A DNA stretch of 64,000 nt from the human T2T-CHM13v2.0 reference genome, Homo sapiens. The stretch lies in NCBI RefSeq assembly GCF_009914755.1, contig NC_060929.1. The stretch is one strand, 5' to 3'. Within the stretch, counting starts at the first letter, position 1, and each line of letters opens with the position of its first letter. Both the position numbers and the translations under genes were made by a program. The notes beneath the pieces were generated by a model. That model worked only from the letters and a program-made list of their open reading frames with translations. It searched no databases and was not told the DNA's origin. This document shows positions 15,844 to 32,185 of the stretch, one piece after another.

Positions 15844-16003
15844 CAGATTTCTCAACCTCAGCACTATTGACATTTAGGGCCAGATAATTCTTTGTTGTGG
15901 AGGCTCTCCTGTGTAGGGTTTGCAGCATCCCTGGCCTCTACCCACCAGGTACCAGCAGCACCTACCAACAGAGTCCCCAGTCATCCCTGGTTGAGAACCA
16001 CTG
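15844..16003. mobile_element. MER20 hAT MITE
   Basis: cagatttctcaacc ... ggttgagaaccactg TIRs; 8-bp TSD ttccagct/ttccagtt. Confidence 0.9.
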
Positions 16004-16389
16004 TTCCAGTTGAATGCAGCTGAATAAATGAGTTCGTGGGGAACCAGCTGAGGAACCACCCAGCCAACTCACAAAATCATGAGCCACAATCAACCACTGT
16101 TGCTTTAAGCCAGTAAGTTTTGGGTTGTGCAGAGGTAACCGAGCGACTTCTCCTCTAGCCATTTCTTTCAGAGCTCTTCTTCCTGCCCTAGCATCACAAA
16201 TTAAGAAGACTAGCTGCTTCTTTGTTCCACTTTTATATTTATCATTTGATCTTCCTGTGAAATAGCTGAACAGACATTTAAACATCTATCCTCTCGGCAG
16301 AGAAAAATGAGGAGCAAGACCTTAAATAATTGCCACATAGCTACTCAGAAAAGCCAGCCTTTCTGATTCCTAGCCCAGTGCAACTCGGA

Positions 16390-16556
16390 TCCTGAAGTCA
16401 GGCTGCCTGGGTATGAACCTTACTCTGCTACTTATGACAGACATGATCTTGGGCAAGTCACTTCACTTATATGATCCTCTGTTTCCTCTTCTATCAAATA
16501 AGGAAAGTAATATCACTCACTTCATGGGATTTATTATGAGGTTTTAATGAGATGGA
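16390..16556 (+). mobile_element. MIR
   Basis: cttgggcaagtcacttcac..ctctgtttcctc core. Confidence 0.75.
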
Positions 16557-16778
16557 CAACAGATCAGCAAATTTTTTTCTGGTGAGGGGTACACAGTAAA
16601 TATTTCAGGCTTGGCAGATCCTATGGTTTCTGTCACGATTACTCAACTCTGCTGTTGTAGGTGAAAGTAGTCATAGACAGTATGTATTCAAATGGATATG
16701 GCTGTGTTCTAATAAGACTTGATTTACAAAATCAGGTGGTGGGCTAGATTTGGGCCATGGAGTGTAATTTGTTGCCTC
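16557..16778. mobile_element. MER58A
   Basis: cagcaaattttttctg..agtaaatatttcaggctt..actcaactctgctgttgtag..gggctagatttgg. Confidence 0.85.
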
Positions 16779-16886
16779 AGTGAGAGAGTATGGAAAGATC
16801 TTGGCCATTGCCCACTGCCAGAGAAGCATTTGATAAGTGATAGCTACTGATGATATCATACTGTTATTATTACTTTATTATCTTAG

Positions 16887-17398
<512 letters not shown>

Positions 17399-17984
17399 TC
17401 TTTATTATTAGTTGATTTTTCTATATTTAATTTTTCTTTCTTTAAAAAATACTGCTTTGTATTCTTTGTGTCTTATTTATTTGCTTATTATTTTTTACTG
17501 TGTTTTGGACATTGCATTTGAAAAATTGCTTGCAGAACTAATTATAGGCTTCAGATGATGATATTTTCCTCCTAAGAAGATTTATGTTTGTCTCTGCTAG
17601 GCTCCTGGGGCACCGACAATTTAGGTTTACTGAAATCTAATTTCGGGGGTTTAGAATACCTGAAGTGGAGCCATGGTCTCTGCAAGGGCCTGTCTGCTTC
17701 TGGGTCACATTTACTTGTAGGGAGCTTCCCTTTAGAATCCCAGTTCAAGATGAATCTCAACTCTAATCTTGGTAAGCTTCACATTCGTCCCTGCCCCTTT
17801 AGCCCCGTGAGGCTCTTGAAAGTCCACCCAGCCTCTCTGCCAGCCATGGTAGAATTGGCCCACGCTGCCAGGCCCAGGGTAGCTCAAAGGACAGACTCAC
17901 TTCGCACGGCTTCCTCCTTCCTTTGGGTCCTGGCTGGTTATTCTTCACTATTTTGTAGCTCTCTGGTGTCTTTAAGCAGTTTGG

Positions 17985-18570
17985 TTTTTTTTTTTATTTT
18001 GAATAATTATCAAATTTATTAAAAGCGTACAACAGATGCTTATAAACAGCAGCAAAATAAGCTGATAATCTTTTTCATTTCATCTGACCAATAAAATTCT
18101 CACAGTCTATACAGATTTTTCTTTCAGTTTATTTTACTTTTGTATGCTTTAGTGACAAATCCTTACACCTGAGACAAAGTGATCATCATTTAAGAATCAC
18201 CATCATCATAAATTATTTTACATTTATTTTATTCTTTTACAGACAGGGTCTTGCTCTGTTGCCCTGCCTGGAGTGCACTGACTATTCAAAGGTGCCCTTC
18301 TAGTGCACTGCAGCCTTGAACTCCTAGGCTTAAGTGATCCTCGTGCCTCAGCCTCCCATGTAGCTGGGACTACAGGTGTGTGCCACCACTCCTGGCTTAT
18401 TATTTTACATTTATTGAGATGAAGGGCAGGTTAATTTCATTATTTACTTTGAATCGATTAATAACCCTCAATTCTAAATGTGCTGGGCAAAGTAACAGAG
18501 AGGGCTTGACAATATCCCTCTTCATTATGTATTCCAAGACATTTCGTGATTTTTTTCCCATTTGTCTGAT
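17985..18570 (-). pseudogene. Probable retrocopy of an mRNA 3' UTR (parent unidentified)
   Basis: Minus strand: AATAAA (18015-18020), then 14 nt, then A-tail (17985-18000); interrupts an old L1M-like segment that resumes ~18580. Confidence 0.6.
18229..18396 (-). mobile_element. FAM (fossil Alu monomer)
   Basis: FAM-diagnostic tgaatag.cagtgcactcc segment; TSD attattttacatttatt at 18212-18228 and 18399-18415. Confidence 0.9.
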
Positions 18571-18573
18571 TTA

Positions 18574-19037
<464 letters not shown>

Positions 19038-20224
19038 CTTTGGGTCACATGTGCTTTTCTTTCTTCATTTGTCAAATTAGATTGTTAACACTGGGCTTAC
19101 CTGCCTCCTGGATTATTGCAGGAGCAAATGGGATAAGCTACATGGAAACCTGGAACCCAGTGTAAATGTGAGGTGCTAAAGCCCAGGTCCTACACCCTAG
19201 ATTTCCCAAGGCATCTGAGCCCTGTGGGAAGGAGGGCCCTTGTTGACTCCCAGCCCCAGGGTGCAGGTGCCCAGAGCAATTTGCATCAGGTGGTCTCTTT
19301 TGTTGCTTTCTAAACATCAGGCAGGTTAATGGTACACCATTCTGCAAGTCAAATCTTGAATCTGGATGATCAGGTGAGTTTTTATCGTACTTTTTCTCAT
19401 TTCTTTTCCCCCATAATTGCATTTCAGGAAGCGTCCCCGGGTTAGTTCTTTTTCTTTAGTTTTTGTGTCTAATAACTTTCCGTGAGCAGACCCCACAGTG
19501 TGCAGCAGTGAGGATCCCTGGACTTGGTTAAAAGAAAACCTCCAAACCTTGACCTCCCTGGGCAGCTCAGCCTGCCACCTGGCAGGGGCCCCTCTGGGGC
19601 TCACACTTGTTTTGGCCTTTGTGAACTGCGCAGAACCAGGGCTGACCCTGCCGAACTGTGGATGTGTGGCCAAGACAGGTCCCAGTGTCCTGCCCGGGCT
19701 GTGCATGTGAGGGAGGCGGTGATGCAACGTGATGGCATTTGTGACAGGGTGAGGGAAAGAGATTGCTGGCTGGGGCTTCAAGGGGTGTGATTAGATTACG
19801 GCGGAGTTGCCTGTTTGGCGGAGATGGAAGACTTGGTTCTGTTCATTTCATAGGCAGCGGATTCCCGCAGTTTCAGACTGGCCAGAGAAATCCATTTCTG
19901 GAGTAGTAGGCAGAAATGTGGAGCTGAGAGGCTCATTCCACAATGCTTCCCTGAGCTTTTGCTTTTTACTTCTTCACTTTTTTTCCTTCTCTGGCTTTCT
20001 TTTTCTAAGCTCGCACGCTTCCACAATGCTAAAACATCTGCTAATAAAGGTTTTATTAGCAGCTTTTATTCCAACCACCTGGAATCCAAAACCCAAAGGT
20101 TTTATTCCAACCACCTGGAATCTTGTCAATCTCAGCTTATATTCCTTCTCGTCTTCCTACCCACTCATTGCTTTTGTTGTGTATTTAAGTCCTTTCAGGG
20201 GCAGGGAGCAAAGGGCTTGGGGGC

Positions 20225-20450
20225 AAAGACATTGGGCTTTGGTGTCAGACTCACCAGATTTGAACTTTGCTCGACCACTTTTACCTGGGTGACTTTGGGC
20301 AAGTTAATCAACTTCCATGAGACTTAGTTTTCTCATCCACAAAAAGGAGAGCATCTTATCCTCTAAGCTGTTTTGAGGGCTGCATTAAAGAAAATACATA
20401 ATGTTTGAAAAATAATTTTTGGCACTTAGCATACATTCGATGAATGGTGA
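20225..20450 (+). mobile_element. MIR
   Basis: gtgactttgggcaagttaatcaacttcc..ttagttttctcatc. Confidence 0.75.
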
Positions 20451-20752
20451 TTTCCTTCTCTTTTTATTCTCTTATATGTATTTTTTGGTTGTTCTCTGTT
20501 AAGTATTTCAGGAAAAAGGTTTTGATGCGGAGTAAGAGACTCAGATATGGTTAGATTGCACTATAGTTAATATCCCACCATAGATCCTATGTCAACTGTC
20601 ATCTCTGATCTCAGTCCGTTACCAAGGATCTTAGTGGGTGAGCAGTGTCCAAGCCAAGGCGGAAGAAGATGGGATCAGGAAGAGGCTCTACATAGAACCT
20701 TGTGGCGTTCACCTGCAGGGTAAAGTAGGGAACCAGTGTCATCTTCTGTTTA

Positions 20753-20872
20753 GGGCTGGACTGCAGTGGTGCAGTCATGGTTCACTGCCGCCTCAAACTC
20801 CTGGGCTCAAGTGATTCTCCCACCTCAGCCTCCCAAAGGGCTGAGATTACAAGCATGAGCCACTGTGCCTGG
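20753..20872 (-). mobile_element. Monomeric recombinant AluJ fragment
   Basis: Right-arm 3' part fused to left-arm 5' part. Confidence 0.75.
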
Positions 20873-21123
20873 TATATAAAAAATATATACATGCTTGTAT
20901 ATATTTTTTAAGTTTTTTTTTTTTGAATGAATATCCTAATGTAAAATTTCCTAAACCTCAGTTGCTTGCCATAGTCAATAAAAAGTCATATTATTCTTTA
21001 TTTTATGTGTTAATTGAAATGTAGTATCAGACAATATTTAGGTGTGTTGCTTTTTATTGTTTTTCTGTATATATATTTTACATAGTTGAGATCATATTGT
21101 ATGCAATTTCTGTTCTGATTTTT

Positions 21124-21437
<314 letters not shown>

Positions 21438-21637
21438 TAAAATTATACGCATTTCCTCATATCAGCAAATATTCTCTTCAAATTTGATTTTGGGAGCTGA
21501 GGTTCCTGTGGTGGCCCAGGGTGGCATTACAACTTCATGGGACCCTCTTTGGACAAGGTCTCTATTGCTGGTGAGCTGATGGGACTCTGAGGTGGGCAAG
21601 CTGTCCACCCACTCCCTTTGCAGCACTTGAAAAATGT

Positions 21638-21731
21638 TCTTTTCTTTTTTTTTTGAGACACGGTTTCACTATGTTGCCCAGGCTTGTCTCGAACTCCTGG
21701 GTCTAGTTATCCACCCACCTCAGTCTCCCAA
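21638..21731 (-). mobile_element. Truncated Alu monomer
   Basis: T-tail followed by gagacacggtttcactatgttgcccaggc. Confidence 0.75.
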
Positions 21732-24144
21732 CCATTTACAACTTCGAGTTTGGGGCTCAGAGATTTGTGCGGCTTATGTTTTGCTTTCACTGAAATACTC
21801 ATGACTGATCTTTATGATCTTATTAGAAGTTGAGAGCACAGTGACTTTCATCTGTGGTTGACTAAAGGAAACACTTGTTTAATAAAGTGACGTGAAACTC
21901 CAAACAAAAATAACATTATTCATAATAAGCTGCGTTCTCTAATCTAGAGAATCAGAGAACAGCCTCTCAGAAACCAGTCAAGAGTCCTGTTCATCCCCAC
22001 TCCTAGATTGCATGTAGGTGACACATGTTTCTGTTTCCCCTTCCTTCTGGTTTGTTCTGGGCGGTTCCTCTCTCCTTTTCCCACGTATAGTAACGCCGGT
22101 TCTGTAAGGAATCACATATCTTGGGTGCTCACAGGAGAATTCCTTCTGAGGCCCAGCTCTCCACCCTTCCTCTGGGCACCTCTGCGGCCTCTCTGTCTTA
22201 GGGTCCTCACGTCGTAGCTCAGCCCAAGGCGGCTCCAGTGCCGGCCAGCTCTGTCGGCTCTCTGCGTCTGAGAGAGAGGGTGCCTCATGACCCATCGGAA
22301 GGGATCTGAGTGCCCACAGCCTTCAGAAGTGCAACTAGGAAGCCAGGTCACTGGTGGCTGGGGATGGCTTGTCCATCAGCTAGCAGCCAGACAATCGAAT
22401 AGCGCCCTACATGGGACAGGAGGAGCGCCTGAGCTCTTCACGCCATCTCCGCCAGCCCTCATTTAATGTCTTGTTGGAGCATAATGACTGAGGACAGCAA
22501 AGCCCAGTGGCTTCTCCCAGACAGTTTCTGGTCACCACAGGAGTGGTGGCTGCGAGCTGCCTTCTGGATCCTCAGGGGTAACTACTCTGAGTGGCTAGTG
22601 CCTCAGAACTGAAGTCAGAAACCTGGGGTTATGGCCACAGATCGACCACCCTGGTGCTCAGGGCCAGATGTAAGAGGAGCCTGGGAGAGGCCCTGACCCT
22701 CCCAAACTAGAGGACAATAATATACTCATGATGATAATACCCAGAGGTTAAAAAAACAACCAAACCCCGAACTTAGATGATCCCATGTATATCATCACGT
22801 GTCTCAACAAAGAGCAGGGAGACCAGGTTCACATTGCTGGAAGCTCAGAATTTTCATGGTGCCTCTAGAAAAATCATCCCATCCCAGGCCAAGCTGTGAT
22901 TAGAGGTGCTTTTCATCAGGTCTCTTTCTTCCAGTTGCTCTCCGCTCTCCAGCTTTGTTCTGGCTTAGACTCTCAGCCCAGGCCACCCAGGGGCAGTGGC
23001 CGCTGAAGGGGGCAGCCCCGCAGCTGCTTCCTCCAAATGCTCTGGGATTCAAGGCCGGGTGCTGGGTGATTACACCGCTGTTATCTGGGATTAGCTATTT
23101 TCACTCCCTGTATTTATATCATGGAAGCTGCAGCGTGATGCTGCCAGATGCCAATGTGGGCAAACTTCTTCCTTTTGGACCCACCTGCTGTTCTGCTGAC
23201 ACCCGGCAAGGTGGCAGTTGGTGGGGACCAGACCTGCCAACCCCTCCTCCACCCACTTCCCACATGTCCAGAGCAGTGAACTGCGTCATTGTGAGAGACT
23301 CAGGTCAGCAGCAACAGGCGAAGGCTGGACACAGACTTGGGGGCGGGAGGGGTGGAGGGCTGGCAGCAGTCCCTGCAGAAGATGCCTGTCACCTCCCTAA
23401 TCCCCTGAAGTCTTCAAGTCTAGGAACCCTCTCGCCTGCCCTCCACTCCTGCTCCACCCCGACCCACGTGTATCTCCCTGTTGCAGTGAGGCGTTCTGAA
23501 TGGCCCTCATTTTAGGCAGCTCAGAAAAGTGCCAAGTGCCTGAGAGTCCCAAATGTAAGTGCAGAGGGATTAAAAGGCCCTGCTGCATTTAACTTGCTCC
23601 ATCTTCGTTTCCATCTCGCCTTCCATCCCTGTTTTTTTTTTTTTTTGTCGTTCCCTGGAGGAGGTGGGAAGATCCTGGCTTGTCAGCTTGTCTTTCAGGA
23701 AATGGACAGGATTTTTTTTTGAAGGTATGTTCTATCTCACTGGGGCTGCACTAACTTACCTCAGCAAACTTCTTAGAGATGCAGAGACTGTAGGTGGGAT
23801 TTGCCCCCAGCCCCTGGTGCATTGAGGGAGGCTTCTCCCACTTGCCTAGGAAGGTTGCCTGCAGGCTCACTCCCTTTCCTGGGCAAAAATAGGCAATGCC
23901 AGGTGTTGGCTGTGCCTGCCTTGGGAGCTCTGAGACCATCACATCAGGAGGAGGCTTCAGATGCAGCCCCAGGGATTCTGCCCAGAAAAAAACAATATGT
24001 TTGGTGTGGCCACTGGCTTCTCATACCCCACTGTGGAGCTCTGTCCGTCTGGGCTTCTCTGCCCAGGCTCATCTCTCAGGGCAGAAATCTCAAGGGTGAC
24101 AAGTTAGCCCTCCCAGGTATGTATTAATTTTTTAAAAATCATTT

Positions 24145-24465
24145 ATTTATTTGTATTTATTTATTTATTTTTGAGACAGGGTCTTGCTCTGTCACCCAGG
24201 CTGGAGTGCAGTGGCATGATCATCGCTCACTGCAGCCTCGAACTCCTGGGACTCAAGTGATCCTCTGAGCTCAGCCTCCCAAGTAACTGGGACTACAGGC
24301 ACATGCTACTACATCTGGCTAATTTTTTATTTTTTATTTTTTTAACAGAGATGGGGTTTTAATTTGTGGCCCAGGCTGGTCTCGAACTCCTGGGCTCAAG
24401 TGGTCCTCCTGCCTCGGCCTTCCAAAGTGCTGGGATTATAGGCATGAGCCACCACATCTGTGCCC
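24145..24465 (-). mobile_element. AluJ
   Basis: Full dimer with (TTTA)n tail. Confidence 0.9.
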
Positions 24466-24756
24466 CCCAATTTTTTTTACCCTAGCATAGAGTTTCCTAA
24501 ACCCCAGTTGTTTACCATAGCCTAGATAAGATAAATACTGTATCAATAAAGACATAAAAATATAGATAATAAAAATAAACATATTAAAGAATATATTTAC
24601 TGAAAGAATATTTTTATTGACATTGATTCACCTTTTTCTTAACCCAAAAACTTATTTTAGCATTGCCTCAAGTATCCAAGTATATGTCTTAAGTATCCAA
24701 GTAAGAGTATCCAAGATATCATGGGTTTGAGGCCCTAGTTATTTTTTGTCTTTCTA

Positions 24757-25102
<346 letters not shown>

Positions 25103-25935
25103 AAGCCCAGATACTATCATGCATTGGAAAATGGCGGCCTAACTAAATGAAAGACGGAAAAGTGGAGAATTCCAGTCGCCATGGCGCAGGCATGGGTGGG
25201 AGGGGGCAGACACGTCTGCAAGGGGGCTCAGTGGTGGACGTGGCTGGTGGAGGGGGCGTGGGTCGATGAGGGGAGAAGTGGCAGAAGAGAAACTTAATTG
25301 GCCGGAAAAGGTAGAGCAGCATCTTATTTGGGGAACATTCATTCCTTGGGCTGAAAAGGAGAGATATCATTGAAGTCCCAATTGGCTAGTACAAAGCTTC
25401 TGCCTTGGATGTGGCTGTCCAACCAGGAAGGCTTACTAAACCCAGCCCCGTCTATACTGGGAGTGAAAGTCACCTGGGGCAAGCTGAGCAGAGAGGCCAG
25501 CCAGTGAAGTGGCTACCCGTGGCTTTGGCACCTATGGGCGATTCCTTCTCCTACCCCCAACCTCGACACTGCAGGCAGAAGGGAGCACCAGTGGGGAGGA
25601 CTAACGAAATGGCAGCAGCAAGGCCGAGGCCCAGGAGTTCCTGTTTCCAAAGCAGAGAAAAGGAAAATGCAACTTCGGCCTTAGGCTCAGGCCACTCCCA
25701 CTTCACTGTTCCCCTTCCGCAGGAGGGCCCTCGGACCCCTCAAGTGCTTCTGGAAGCAGGCCGGGGTTTGTTTCTATCCCTCCCTCAGCCAACTCCCTCC
25801 CTTATTATGTAAAGAATCACAAGGTCATTGTCATTTTGGGAAATAGAAAGCAGAAGAAAAACTAATTTCGCTAGTTGACAAAAAACACTGATAATATTTA
25901 GGTGTGGTGCTTTTCATTCATTTCTCTAGATGGAT

Positions 25936-26219
25936 ATTTTTTGAGACAAGGTCTTGCTCTGTCGCCCAGGGTGGAGTGCAGTGATGCCGTCATGGCTCAC
26001 TGCAGCCTTAATCTCCTGGGCTCAAGCGATCCTCCCACTTCAGCCTCCTGAGTAGCTGGGACTACAGGTGTGTGCTACTGAGCCCAGCTAATTTTTAAAA
26101 TTTTTTTGTAGAGATGGGGGTGGGGTGTCACTAGTTTGCCGGGGCTGGTCTTGAACTCCTGGCCTCAAGAGATCCTCCTGGCTCAGCCTCCCAAAGTGTT
26201 GGTATTATAGGAGTGAGCC
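25936..26219 (-). mobile_element. AluJ
   Basis: Near-full dimer. Confidence 0.9.
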
Positions 26220-26849
26220 TATGTATGTTTTTTTATATAGCTGTGAACACATGGCCTGCAATTTCTGATCTAATTCTTACACTTAATATGAAATTATAAG
26301 CATTTTCCCCTGCCTTTGAATGTTGCTTACAAATTTTTTTTCATGGACACTATATATACCATAATACATTTAATACTGGTAGCTAAGTTTTGTGTTTTTT
26401 TGTGCATTAAGGATTCCATTTTTTTTTTTACTATTATAAATAATGCTGCAATTAATTTCTTTGGTCATATAGTAAAAGTTTCAGCTGTTTTCTAAGGATA
26501 GATTCCCGGAAGTGGTACCAGTGTAGAGTGTTGGTGTAGAATGTAGAAAACTATGTTTTATGTAAATAAGGTGAAATATAAGCACCTATATTTGTATGTA
26601 TGTAAATAAATTTTTGAAGAATCCACAGAAAACTAATGACAGTATTTATCTGACCACTGAGGGTGGGATGGGATCCAGGCAGGGAAACAGGGTAAAGAAA
26701 GACGTCTCACAGCATACATTTTTGCTATTTTGAGTTTTGAAGCATGTGTATCTATGACTTATTAAAAAATTAAAAACTAACGACAAACTCTAATTGCTGC
26801 TTAATTGTAGAACTGAAGCAGGAGTCCCTCTATAACTGGCTTTTGTGTA

Positions 26850-26941
26850 TTCCCTGGCATGTCCAGCGCCATGCATTCATAATCAACAGTCAGCTCTGTT
26901 TCCCTGGCATGTCCAGCACCATGCATTCATAATCAACAGTC
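26850..26941. repeat. Direct repeat, 42 bp at 50-bp period
   Basis: ttccctggcatgtccagc[g/a]ccatgcattcataatcaacagtc twice. Confidence 0.95.
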
Positions 26942-27079
26942 GGCCTCATAAGACACCGTAGGCTCTCGATAGCTGGGTGAAGGCAGGAAGGCAGCTCGGC
27001 TCCACTAAGACATCTAGGGCCCCAGGCTCCTCCTATCTTGTTGGTCACCAGCCTGTGTGATGGGAGAAAGAGAGATAGT

Positions 27080-27296
27080 TGAGGGTAGGCAATTTCCTTT
27101 CCAGGAAGAGATGTGGGAATCAGACACATCAAGTCTTCTCACTGTCATTGGTGAGGACTTGGTCAGGGACCACCCCTAACTGCAAAGAGGTCTGGGAAAT
27201 GTAATCTCTGCTGGGGCAGCCAGGATGCAGCCTGGGGTTTTATTATTAAAAAGAAGGGGAAAATGAGACTGGGGGAAAATGAAAGTCTTCGGCCAC
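27080..27296 (-). mobile_element. Old MLT1 (J/K-like) fragment
   Basis: cctaactgcaaagaggtctgggaaatgtaatct motif. Confidence 0.6.
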
Positions 27297-27328
27297 GGGG
27301 ACTTTTAAAATAAAAGAAGGGCTAGAAG

Positions 27329-27691
<363 letters not shown>

Positions 27692-28132
27692 TTAGCTAAA
27701 CTCATACAACTCTGTTACTATGGGAATAATTGAAATGCTATAGTAGTAATGGTATTATTATAATAGCATTATCTCTGTTTTCCTGTAGTTATCACTCAAT
27801 AAACTGCCTTCTCTCAGGTGAGCACTCAGTTGTAACATCCAATTATTCGATTTGGCAGTTTGTCAAATGACATCCCTGTCATATACTTTCTTAGGTGCTG
27901 GGTGCTTACAAAAAGGGCAAAGGATAGAGCCGCTGCTCCCCAGACGACTCAAAATGACTTTCATGTGGAACACAGGAGGAGTGAGAAGGGCCTCCCATTT
28001 ATTTACCATCTACTAAGACGTTGTGTCCCTGTCACGTACCAGGTAGGAATTATTAACACAGAAGGAACTGAGGCCTGAAGAGGGGAATAATTCACTTAAG
28101 GTCACCAGCTTGGAAGTGGCAGAACCAGGTCA

Positions 28133-28468
<336 letters not shown>

Positions 28469-28479
28469 ATCTTGCCCTA

Positions 28480-30360
<1,881 letters not shown>

Positions 30361-30379
30361 CTCTGTGTGCTCCTTTTCA

Positions 30380-31365
30380 AGGAGATATAATTCACATACC
30401 ATAAAACTCACCTCTTTTTATAATCCTTTGGATATATACCCAGTAATGGGATTGCTGGGTCAAATGATATTTCTGGTTCTAGATCCTTGAGGAATTGCCA
30501 CACCATCTTCCACAATGGTTGAACTAATTTACATTCCCACCAACAGTGTAAAAGCATTCCTATTTCTCCAGCATGTATACACCATGGAATACTATGCAGC
30601 CATAAAAAAGAATGAATTCATGTCCTTTGCAGGGACACGGATGGACCTGGAAGCCATCATTCTCAGCAAACTAACACAGGAACAGAAAACCAAGCACTGC
30701 ATGTTCTCACTCATAAGTGGGAGCTGAACAAAGAGAACACATGGACACAGACAGGAGAACATCATACCCGGGGGACTGTCAGGGTGAGGGGCAAGGGGAG
30801 GGATAGCATTAGGAGAAATACCTAATGCATGTGGGGCTTAAAACCTAGATGATGGGTTGACAGGTGCAGCAAACCACCATGGCACATGTATACCTATGTA
30901 ACAAACCTTCACGTTCTGCACATGTATACCAGAACTTAAAGTAAAAACAAACAAACAAAAAATAAAGCAAACTCACCTCTTTAAGTTGTACAATTCAGTT
31001 GCTTTTAGTATATTCACAATGACTGCATTACCACTATCTAACTCCAGAACATTTTCATTACCCCAAATAGAAACTCTGTACCCATGAGCAGTCACTCCTC
31101 CCTCCACCCTCGCCCCAGCCCCTGGAAGCCACTAATATACTTTCTGTCTGTATAGATTTGCCAATTCTGGATGTTCCTATAAATATAATCAAAATAGAAT
31201 CATACAGAATGGGGCCTTTTGTGTTTGGCTTCTTTCCCTTAGCATGATGCTTTCAAGGTTCCCCCATATTGTGACACGTTTCAGTGCTTCCTTCCCTTTG
31301 ATTGCTGAGTAACATTCCACTGTAGGATAGACCCATCTATTTATCCATTCATCAGTCGATTGACT
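30380..31365 (-). mobile_element. L1MB 3' end (host of an L1PA insertion)
   Basis: gagatataattcacataccataaaactcacc..caattcagt..ccagaacattttcattacccca. Confidence 0.85.
30418..30968 (+). mobile_element. L1PA8-like 3' end with 5' inversion (twin priming)
   Basis: 30418-30570 antisense ORF2 end, 30571-30965 sense 3' end and tail; TSD aaactcacctcttt at 30404-30417 and 30969-30982. Confidence 0.9.
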
Positions 31366-31939
31366 CTGTACTCTTTAAAGAGGTTTTTCAAACAACTCTT
31401 GTTTTCATTCCTGTTCAATCTCTATCTCACGTGAGCACTCGATGCCTCCTATTTCTGAGCCTTTTCTGGGGCTCTGTAGAACAATTTGTGGGCCCTGCCA
31501 CCCAACCCTGAAGACGCTTGTGTTTGCCTTGCTACTTCTCCGCTGAGTCATTTACATTTTTCCAGTGCTTTTTATCTTTCTATGTTGGAATTAAGCGTTA
31601 TAGACGCCACGCCTCCTGGGTTCATGGAAGATGTAGTCTGTACATCTGTTTCTTCTGCTTCTTGTCCTTGTGAGATTGTCAAAAGGAAAATCTTTATTCC
31701 CTTATCTTGAGACTGGAAGCCCTCCAATGCATCTCTCATTAGGCTGTGTCGATTCTTTATATTTTTTATTTTTTAATATGTAATTTAGACATTTTATCTA
31801 GAGATGGGGTTACCCAGGCTGTTCTCAAACTCCTGGCCAGAAATCCCAAAGTGGTGAGATTACAGGCATGAGTGACCATGCTCAACCTGTGCAACTTCTT
31901 TTCAAGTACAGTGTGTGGATCGGATGGTAAGTGCTAAAA

Positions 31940-32185
31940 TGAGTCATTCATGTAATCAATTCATTCAATGCAAACGTATTGACCACCTATGTCTGGGCAT
32001 TGTACTGGGAAATCAGGTGACAATAACAGAGACACAGTCCCTACCCTCAAGGAACTTCTGTGTTAGTGAGAGATCTAAACAAGCAAACAGACCATTGCAA
32101 TCTAGTGGTAAGTACTAAGACGGTAAGTTCAGAGAAGGAGGGCACATAGGTGAGAGTACTTAACTCAGACTTGGAATAAGGCTTT
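31940..32185 (-). mobile_element. L2 3' fragment
   Basis: cattcaatgcaaacgtattgaccacctatgtctgggcattgtactgg..cagtccctaccctcaagga. Confidence 0.75.

Noticed and set aside
19571-19590. Second CTCF-like motif / short palindrome cctgccacctggcagg
   Set aside because: Mismatch at a high-information core position and no CpG retention; too weak without ChIP data
30515-30727. ORF with YTMEYYAAIKKNEFMSFAGT
   Set aside because: C-terminal remnant of L1 ORF2p in a truncated, inverted L1PA; not a host gene
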